The notes under the pieces were generated by a model that was not told the DNA's origin, ran no database searches, and worked only from the letters and a program-made list of their open reading frames with translations. From the NCBI RefSeq assembly GCF_009914755.1, contig NC_060946.1: DNA of 64,000 nt; one strand, written 5' to 3'. Of the stretch, positions 53,901 through 64,000 are shown one piece after another (positions within the stretch are counted from its first letter, which is position 1; the number at the start of each line of letters is the position of its first letter). A program made the position numbers and the translations under genes. The DNA is from the human T2T-CHM13v2.0 reference genome, Homo sapiens.

Positions 53901-56900
53901 CTGGAATCCTATGTGAGGGACAAACATTCAGACCCTCCTAGCAGTTTTCTGGAATCCTAGGTGAGGTACAATCATTCAGAACCTCGTAGCAGTGTTCTGG
54001 AATCCAATGTGAGGGAGAAACACTCAGAACCCACCAGCAGTGTTCTGGAATCCTATGAGAGAGACAATCTTTCAGACCAATACTGGGGTGCTCTGAAATC
54101 CTAAGTGTGGGATAAACATTCAGACACTCGTAGCATTCTTGTGGAATCTTATGTGAGGGACAAACATTCAGATGACAGCAGGAGTGTTCTAAAATTTTAG
54201 GTTAGGAACAAACATTTAGACCACAGCAGGAGTGTTCAGCAATCCTATGTGAGGGACAAACACTCAGACAATTGCAGGAGTGTTCTGGAATCCTATGTGA
54301 GGTTCAGTCATTGATACCCTCATATCAGTGTTCTGGAATCCTATCTAAGTGAGAAACACTCAGAACCCAGCGGCGGTGTTTGGGAATCGCATGTCAGGGA
54401 CAGTCATTCAGACCACAGCTGGGGTGTTCTGGACCCTACGTGTGGGACAAACATTCAGACCATCGTAGCATTGTTCTGAAATCCTATGTGAGGGACAAAC
54501 ATTCAGAACACAGCAGGAGTGTTCTGAAGTCCTATGTGCGGGGTAAAAGTTCAGACCCTCGTAGCTGTGTCTGGAATCCTATGTGAGGGACAAACATTTA
54601 GACCCACGTGGCAGTGTTCTTGAATCGTACCTGAGGGACAAACACTCAGAACCCAACAGCAGTGTTCTGGAATCCTAAGCGAGGGACAAAAATTCAGACC
54701 ACAGCAGGAGTGTTCTGGAGTCCTATGTGAGGGACTAACATTCTGAAGACAGCAGGAGTGTTCTGTAATCCTACGTGAGGAACAAGCATTTAGAACACAG
54801 CTGGAGTGTTCTGGAATCCTATGTGAGGGACATAAATTCAGACGACAGCAGGATTGTTCTGAAACTCTGTGTGAGGAACAAACATTTAGACCGCTGCAGG
54901 AGTGTTCTGGAATCCTATGTGTGGGACAAACATTCAGACCCTCGCAGCAGTATTCTGGAATCCTTTGTGAGGGACAAACATTCAGAACACAGCAGGAGTG
55001 TTCTGGAGTCCTATGTGTGGTACAAATATTTCGTCCCTCGTAGCAGCGTCTGGAATCATATGTGAAGGACAAACATTCAGACCCACGTGGCTGTGTTCTG
55101 GAATCGTACAAGAAGGACAAAGACTCAGAACACAACAGCAGTGTTCTGGAATCCTAAGTGAGGAACAAACTTTCAGACCACAGCAGGAGTGTTTTGGAAT
55201 CCCATGTGAGGGACAAACCTTCTGAAGACAGCAGGGGTGTTCTGAAATCCTACCTGAGAAACAAACATTTAGATCACAGCTGGAGTGCTCTGGAATTCTA
55301 TGTGAGGGACAAACATTCAGACGACAGCAAGATTGTTCCGAAATCCTTTGTGAGGAACAAACATTTAGAACACAGCAGGAGTGTTCTGGAATCCTATGTG
55401 CAAGACAAACATTCACAACTTCGTAGCAGTGTTCTGGAATCCTATCTGAGGGAAGAACATTCAGACCCACGTAACAGTGTTCTGGAATCCTACGTGAGGG
55501 ACAAACACTCAAAACAGCAGTGTTCTGGAATCCTAAGAGAGGGACATACATTCAGTCCACAGCAGTAGTGTTGTGGAATCCTATGTGAGGGACAAAAATT
55601 CAGACGACAGCAGCAGTGATCTCAAATAATATGTGAGGAACAAACTTTTAGACCACAGCAGGAGTGATCTGAAACCCATGTGAGGAACAAACATTTAGAC
55701 CACAGCAGGAGTGTTGTGGAATCCTATGTGCGGGACAAACATTCAGATCCTCGTAGCAGTATTCTGGAATCCTATGTGAGGCACAAACCTTTAGACCCAT
55801 GTAGCAGTGTTCTGGAATCGTACATGTGGGACAAACACTGAGAACCCAAGAGCAGTGTTCTGGAATCCTAAGTGAGGGACAAACATTCACTCCACAACAA
55901 GGGTGCTCTGGAATCCTAAGTGAGTCACAAACATTCAGACGACAGTAGGAGTCCTCTGAAATCCAATGTGAGGAACAAACATTTATACCACAGCAGAAGT
56001 GTGCTGGAATGTTATGTGCGGGACAAATATTCAGAAACTCAAAGCAGTGTTCTCGAATCCTATGTGAGGGAGAATCATTTCGACCCATGTATCTGTGTTC
56101 TGGAATCCTACATGAGGGAAAAACACTCAGAACCCAACAGGAGGAGTGTTCTGGAATCCTATGTGAAGTACAAATATTCAGATGACAGCAGGAGTGTTCT
56201 GAAATCCTATGCGAGGAACAAACATTTAGACCACAGCAGTTGTGTTTGGGAATACTATATGAGGGACAAACCCTCACACAATAGCACGAGTGTTCTGGAA
56301 TCCTATGTGAGGTTCAGTCATTCATACTCTCGTAGCAGTGTTCTGGAATCTTATGTGAGGGAGAAACACGCAGAACCCTGCAGCAATGTTCTGGAATCGT
56401 ATGTCAGGGACAGTCATTCACACCACAGCTAAGGTGTTCTGGAATCCAACATGTGGGACAAACATTCAGACCCTCGTAGCATTGTTCTAGAATCCTATGT
56501 GAGGGAGAAACATTCAGAAAACAGCAGAAGTGTTCTGGAGTCCTATGTGCGGGACAAACTTTCAGACCCTCGTAGCAGGGTTCTGGAATCCTATGTGAGG
56601 GCCAAATATTAGACCCACATGGCAGTGTTCTGGATTCGTACGTGAGGGACATATACTCAGAACCAACAGCAGTGTCCTGGAATCCTAAGTGGGGGACAAA
56701 CATTCAGACCACAGCAGGATTGTTCTGAAATCCTATGTGAGGAACAAACATTGAGACCACAGCAGGAGTGTTCTGGAATCCTATATGAGGGACAAACTTT
56801 CAGAAGACAGCAGGATTGTTCTGAAATCCTATGTGAGGAGCAAACATTTAGACTACAAAAGGAGTGTTCCAGAATCCTATGTGAGGGACAAATATTTAGA

Positions 56901-59900
56901 CCCTCGTAGCAGTGTTCCGGAATCCTATGTGAGGGACAAATATTTAGACCCTCGTAGCAGTATTCTGGAATCCTATGTGATGGACAAACATTTAGACCCA
57001 CGTAGCAGTGTTCTGGAATCATAAGTGAGGGACAAACCTTCAGACCACAGCATGAGTGTTGTGGAATCCTATGTGAGGGACAAATATTCAGACGACAGCA
57101 GAAGTGTCCTGAAGTCCTATACGAGGAACAAACCTTTGTACCACAGCCGGAGGGTTCTGGAATCCTAAGTGAAGGACAAACATTCGGAGGACAGCAGGCA
57201 TGTTCTGAAATCCTATGTGAGGAGCAAACATTTAGAACACAACAGGACTGTTCTGGAATTCTATGTGCAGGACAAACATTCAGACCCTGATAACAGTGAT
57301 ATGGATTCCTATGTGAGGCATAAACTTTTAGACCCACGTGGAAGTTTTCTGGAACGTGAGGGGCAAACACTCAGAACCCAACAGCAGTGTTCTGGAATCC
57401 TATGTGAGGGACTAATATTCAGTCCACAGCGGGAATGTTCTAAAATCCTATGTGACGAACACACATTCAGACCACAGCAGGAGTGTTCTGGAATCCTATG
57501 TGAGAGACAAACATTCAGATCCTGGTAGCAGTGAAATGGATCCCTATGTGAAGTACAAACTTTTAGACCGACGTGAGAGTGTTCTGTAATCTTACGTGAG
57601 GGACAAACACTCAGAATCCAAAAGCAGTGTTCTGGAATCCTATGTGAGGGACAATCATTCAGACCACAGCTGGGGTGTTCTAGAATCCTACTTGTGGGAC
57701 AAACATTCAGACCCTGGCAACATTGTTCTGGAATCCTATGTGAGGGACAAACATTTAGAAAACAGCAGGAGTGTTCTGGAGTCCTATGCGTGGGACAAAC
57801 ATTCAGACTCTTGTAGCGGTGTTCTGGAATCCTATGTGAGGGACAAACATTGAGACCCTCTTACAAGTGTTCTGGAATCCTATGTGAGGTACAATTATTC
57901 AGAACCTCGTAGCAGTGTTCTGGAATCCAATGTGAGGGAGAAACACTCAGAACCCACCAGCAGTGTTCTGGAATCCTATGTGAGGAACAATCATTCAGAC
58001 CAATGCTGGGGTGTTCTGAAATCCTAAGTGTGGGACAAACATTCAGACCCTCGTAGCATTGTTCTGGAATCCTATGTGAGGGACAAACATTCAGATGACA
58101 GCAGGAGTGTTCTGAAATAGTATGTGAGGAACAAACATTTAGACCACAGCAGGAGTGTTCAGGAATCCTACATGAGGGACAAACACTCAGACAATAGCAG
58201 GAGTGTTCTGGAATCCTATGTGAGGTTTAGAAATTCATACCCTCATAGCAGTGTTCTGGAATCTTATCTGAGGGAGAAACACTCAGAACCCAGCAGCAGT
58301 GTTCTGGAAACGTATGTCAGGGACAGTCATTCAGACCACAGCTGGGGTGTTCTGGAATCCTACGTGTGGGACAAATATTCAGACCCTCGTAGCAATGTTC
58401 TGGCATCCTATGTGAGGGAAAAACCTTCAGACCCACGTAACAGTGTTCTGGAATCGTAAGTGAGGGAGAAACACTCAGAACCCAACAGCAGTCTTCTGGA
58501 ATCTTAAGTGAGGGACATACATTCAGTCCACAGCAGAAGTGCTGTGGAATCCTATGTGAGGGACAAACATTCAGACGACCACAGGAGTGATCTGCAATAA
58601 TATGTGAGGAACAAACATTTAGACCAGAGCACGAATGTTCTGGAATCCTAAGTGAGGGACACATATTCAGTCAACAGCAGAAGTGTTCTGGAATCTTATG
58701 TGACGGACACACATTCAGACCACAGCAGGAGTGTTCTGCAATCCTTTGTGAGGGACAAACATTTAGACCCACATAGCAGTGTTCTGGATTCGTACGTGTG
58801 GGACAAACACTCACATCCCAACAGTAGTGTTATGGAATCCTAAGTGAGAGACGAACATTCAGACCAAAGCAGGAGTCTTCTGGAATCCTATGTGAGGTAC
58901 AATCATTCAGACATTCATAGCAGAGTTCTGGAATCCTATCTGAGGGAGAAACATTCAGACCAGAGCAGGAGTTTTCTGGAATCCTATGTGAGGGACAATC
59001 ATTCATAACACAGCTGGGGTGTTCTGTAATCCTACGTGTTGGACAAACATTCAGACCCTCGTAGCATTGTTCTGGAATCCTACGTGAGGGACAAATATTC
59101 AGACCAGAGTAGGAGTGTTCTGGAATCCTATGTGAGGGACAATCATTCCGACCATACCTGGGGAGTTCTGGAATACTACGTGAGGTACAATCATTCAGAC
59201 ACTTGTAGCAGTGTTCTGGAATCCTATGTGAGGGAGAAAAACACAGAACCCAGCAGAAATATTCTGAGATCCTATGTGAGGGAGAAACATTCGGACCTCA
59301 CCAGGAGTGTTCTGGAATCATATATAACAGAGAATAATTCAGAAACTCGTAGCAGGGTTCTGGAATCATATGTGATGGACAAACATTGAGAACCTCTTAG
59401 CAGTGTTCTGGAATCCTATGTGAGGGAGAAACACACAGAACCCAGCAGAAATGTTCTGGAATCCTATGTGAGGGAGAAACATTCAGACCTCAGCAGGAGA
59501 GTTCTGGAATCCTATGTAACAGAGAATAATTCAGAAACTCGTAGCAGTGTTCTGGAATCCTATATGAGGGATAAACATTTAGACCCACGTAGCAGTGTTC
59601 TAGAATCTTAAGTGAGGACAAACACTCAGAACTCAGCAGCAGTGTTCTGGAATACTATCTAAGGGAGAAACATTCAGACCAGAGTAGGAGTGTTCTGGAA
59701 TCTTACGTGAGGTACAATCATTCAGACCTTTGTACCAGTGTTCTGGAATGCTATGTGAGGGAGAAACACTCAGAAACAAGTAGCAGTGTTCTGGAATCCT
59801 AAGTGAGGGACAAACATTCAGACCACAGCAGGAGTGTTCTGGAATCCTATGTGATGGAGAATAATTTAGAACCTCGTAGCAGTGTTCTGGAAACCTATGT

Positions 59901-62900
59901 GATGGACAAACTTTCAGACCCTCACAGCAGTGTTCTGGAATCCTATGTGAGGGACAAACCTTTAGACACATGTAGCAGTGCTCTGGAATCCTATATGAGG
60001 GTCAAACACTCAGAACACATCAGCAGTGTTCTGGAATCCTATCTGTGGAATCCTATGTGAGGGACTAACACGCAGACTCTCGTATCAGTGTTCCGGAATC
60101 TTATGTGAGGGACAAACATTCAGACCCCCGTAGTATGGTTCTGAAATCCTAAGTGAGGGACAAACATTCAGACCATAGCAGCAGTGTTCTGGTATCCTAC
60201 ATGAAGAATAAACATTTAGACCCACTTAGCAGTGTTCTGGAATTGTATGTTAGGGACAAACACTCAGAACCCAGCAGCAGTGTTCTGCAATCCTATCTGA
60301 GGGAGAAACTTTCGGACCAGAGCAGGAGTGTTCGGGGATCCTCTGTGAGGTATAATCATTCAGATTTTTGTAGCAGTGTTCTGGAATCCTATGTGAGGGA
60401 GAAACACTCAGAAATCAGCAGCAGTGTTCTGGAATCCTTTGTGAGGGACAAACATTCAGACAACAGCAGCAGTGTTCTGTAATACTATGTGAGGGAAAAA
60501 CATTTAGACCCACGTACTAGTGTTCTGCAATTGTACGTGAGGGACAAACCCTCAGAACCCAACCGTAGTGTTCTGGAATTCTAAGTGAGGAACAAACATT
60601 CAGACCACAGAAGGAGTGTTCTGGAATCCTATGTGATGGAGAATAATTCAGAACCTCGTAGCAGTATTCTGGAATCCTATGTGATGGACAACATTCAGAC
60701 CCTCGTAGCAGTTTTCTGGAATCCTGTATGAGGGACAAACATTTAGACCCACGTAGCTGTGTTCTGGAATCATAAGTGAGGGTCAAACACTCAGAACCCA
60801 GCAGCACTGTCCTGGAATTCTATCTGTGGGAGAACCATTCAGACAAGAGCAGGAATATTCTGGAATGCTATGTGAGGGACAGTCATTCAGACACAGCTGG
60901 GGTGCTCTGGAATCCTACGTGTGGGACAAACATTCAGAACCTTGTAGCATTGTTCTGGAATCCAAAGTGAGGGACAAACATTCAGACCACAGCAGGAGTG
61001 TTCTTTTATCCTACGTGAGGGACAGAGATTAATACCCTCTTAGCAGTGTTCTGTAATCCTATATGAGGTACAAACTTTCAGACAACAACAGCAGTATTCT
61101 GGAATCCTACGTGAGGGACAAACATTCAGACCACAGGAGGAGTGTTCTGGAATCCTATGTGAGGGGCATTCAGACCACAGCAGTAGTTTTCTGGAATCCT
61201 ATGTGGGGGACTAACATTCGGACCATCGTAGCAGTGTTCTATAATCTTATGTGAGGGACAAACATTCAGACCCTCGTAGCAGTGTACTGGAATCGTTCGT
61301 GAGAGACAAACACTCATAACCCAACAGCAGTGTTCTGGGATCCTAAGTAAGGGACAAATATTCAGACCATAGCAAGAGTGTTCTGGAATCCTACGTGATG
61401 GAGAATAATTCAGAACCTCGTAGGAGTGTTCTCGTATCCTATGTAATGGGCAAAGTTTCAGACCCTCGTACCCGTGTTCTGGAATCCTAAGTAATGGACA
61501 AACATTTAGACCCACGTAGCAGTGTTCTGGAATCGTCGGTGAGGGACCAACTCTCAGAACCCATCAGCAGTGTTCTGGAATCCTATCTGAAGGAGAAACA
61601 TTCAGACTACAGCAGGAGTGTTCTGGAATCCTATGTGAGCTACAATCATTCAGACATTCGTAGCAATGTTGTGGAATCCTATGTGAGGGAGAAACATTCA
61701 GACCACAGCAGGAGTTTTCTGGAATCCTATGAGAGGGACAATCATTCAGTCCACAGCTGGGGTGTTCTGGAATCCTACGTGTTGGACAAACATTCAGATC
61801 ACAGCCGGAGTGTTCTGGAATACTATGTGAGGGACATTCAGACCACAGCAGGAGTCTTCTGGAATCCTATGTGAGGGACAACTATCAGACCACAGCAGCA
61901 GTGTTCTGGAATCCTTTCTGAGGGACAAACTTTCAGACCCTCTTAGCAGTGTTCTGGAATCCTATAAGAAGGACAAATCTTTAGACCTACGTAGCAGTGT
62001 TCTGGAATCGTACGTGAGGGACAAACACTCAGAAACCAGCAGCAATTTTCTGGAATCCGCTCTGAGGTAGAAACATTCAGACCAGAGCAGAAGTGTTCTG
62101 GAATCATATGTGAGTGCAAACACTCAGAATTCAGCAGCAGTGTTCTGGAATCCTATGTGAGAGTCAATCATTCAGACAAAATCTGGTATGATTTGGAATC
62201 CTACGTGTGGGACAAACATTCAGACCCTCCTAGCATTGTTCTGGAATCCTCAGTGAGGGACAAACTTTCAGACGACAGCAGGAGTGTTCTGGAATCCTAT
62301 GTGAAGGACCAAGATACAGACCATCGTAGCAGTGTTCTGGAATCCTATCTGAGGGAGAAACATTCAGACCACAGCCGGATTGTTCTGTAATCCTATGTGA
62401 GGTAAAATCATTTAGACCCACGTAGCATTTCTCTGGAATCCTAAGTGAAGAAGACACATTCAGACCACAGGAGGAGTGTTCTGGAATCCTATGTGAGGGA
62501 CAAACTTTCAGAACACAGCAGCACTGCTCTGGAATCCCATGTGAGGAACAAACATTCAGAACCTCGTAGCAGTGTTCTGGAATATTATGTGAGGGACAAA
62601 CATTCAGACTCTCGTAGCAGAGTTCTGGAATCCTATGTGAAGGAGAAACATTCAGAAAAGAGAAGGAGTGTTCTGGAATCCTATCTGAGGGAGAAACATT
62701 CAGAACCTTGTAGCAGTGTTCTGGAATCCTATGTGAGGGTGAAACAGAACCCAGTAGCAGTGTTCTGGAATCTCATTTGGGGGACAATCATTCAGACCAC
62801 AGATGGCGTGTTCTATAATCCCATGTGTAGCACAAGCATTCAGACCCTCGTAGCACTGTTTTGGAGTCCAAAGTGAGGTACATATATTCAGACAACAGCA

Positions 62901-64000
62901 GGAGAGTTCTGGAATCCTATGTGAGGGACAAAAATTTAGACCACAGCAGCAGTGTTTTGAAATCTTATGTGAGGGACCAAAATTGAGACACATGAAGCCG
63001 TGTTCTGGAATCTTATGTGAAGGACAGATATTCAGAACCCCGTAGCAGTGGTCTGGAATCCTTTGTGAGGGAGAAACACTCAGAACCCAGATGCAGTGTT
63101 CTGGAATCCTATATGAGGGACAGTCATTCAGACCACAGCTAGTGTGTTCTGGAATCCTGAGTGTGGGAGAAACATTCAGACCCTCGTAACACTGTTCAGA
63201 ATCTTATGTGAGGGAAAAGCTTTCAGACCACAGCAGCAGTGTTCTGGAATCCTCTGTGAGGGACAAACATTCAGACCACAGCAGCAGAGTTCTGGAATCC
63301 TAAGACAGGGACAAATATTCAGACCACAGCAGGAGAGTTCTGAAATCCTATGTGACAGACAAACATTCATACCCAAGTAGCAGTGTTGGAATCGTTCGTG
63401 AGGGACAAACACTAAGAAACCAACAGCAGTGTTCTATAATCATAAGTGAGGGACAAACATTCAGACGACAGCAGGAGTGTTCTGGAATCCTACGTGATGG
63501 AAAATAGTTCAGAACCTCGTAGCAGTGTTCTCGAATCCTATGTAATGGACAAACTTTCAGACCCTCGTAGCAGTGTTCTGGAATCCTAAGTAATGGACAA
63601 ACGTAGACCCACGTAGCAGTGTTCTGGAATCGTACTTGAGGAACAAACACTCAGAACCCAGCAGCAGTGTTCTGGAATCCTATCTGAGGGAGAAACATTC
63701 AGAACAGAGCAGGAGTGTTCTGGAATCCTATGTGAGGAAGAATCATTCAGACATTCGTAGCAGTGTTCTGGAATCCTATGTGAGGGAGAAACATTCAGAC
63801 CAGAGCAGGAGTGTTCTGGAATCCTATGTAAGGAACAATCATTCAGAACACTGCTGGGTTTTTCTGGAATCCTACATGTGGGACAAACATTCAGACAACA
63901 GCAGGAGTGTTCTGGGATCCTATGTGAGGGACAAACATTCAGACCACAACAGCAATGTTCTGGAATCCTGGGTGAGGAACAAACATTCAGAATCCTGTAG
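41978..64000 (-). repeat. 48-bp CER satellite array, opposite orientation (>=22 kb, runs off the window)
   Basis: Monomers read TGAGGGACAAACATTCAGACCCTCGTAGCAGTGTTCTGGAATCCTATG, the reverse complement of the left array. Confidence 0.95.

Noticed and set aside
14008-63650. Hundreds of ORFs with 16-aa repeats (VLESYVRDKHSDPRSS; Cys/His-rich HRIPEHCYEGLNVCPS) that resemble a repetitive or metal-binding protein
   Set aside because: A 48-bp unit equals 16 codons, so open frames arise on both strands automatically. Stops recur at the CTTAGG/CCTAAG monomer, frameshifting indels are tolerated, many starts are GTG/TTG, and the Cys/His spacing does not fit C2H2 zinc fingers.
13667-64000. CRISPR-like appearance (conserved core with variable segments)
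   Set aside because: The variable parts are homologous variants of one monomer, not unique spacers. There are no cas genes and the context is primate retroelements.
13667-64000. Alpha satellite or HSat2/3 identity
   Set aside because: The period is 48 bp, not 171 bp or 5 bp. GGAAT occurs about once per monomer and I saw no CENP-B box.

Overview
Primate (human or great-ape-like) heterochromatin-border DNA, with no intact protein-coding gene that I can support. Positions 1-13.67 kb are a dense mosaic of interspersed repeats: MER44A, L2, MER1B, MST LTRs, old L1MA and L1MC fragments, a 52-bp minisatellite derived from L1MC, a near-full-length but dead L1PA on the minus strand, an ERV env-TM remnant with its 3' LTR, a ~225-bp inverted repeat and a GC-rich block. 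The L1PA looks chimeric and seems to carry a 3' transduction. From ~13667 to the end is one 48-bp satellite array, recognised as CER/D22Z3 type. It has a recurring order of monomer variants, many internal duplications and one sharp strand switch at ~41978. The hundreds of ORFs in the array (16-aa 'VLESYVRDKHSDPRSS' and 'HRIPEHCYEGLNVCPS' repeats) are an artefact of a 48-bp unit. Repeat family names come from my memory of consensus sequences, not from a database search. I found no clearly novel gene system; the best leads are structural or regulatory.
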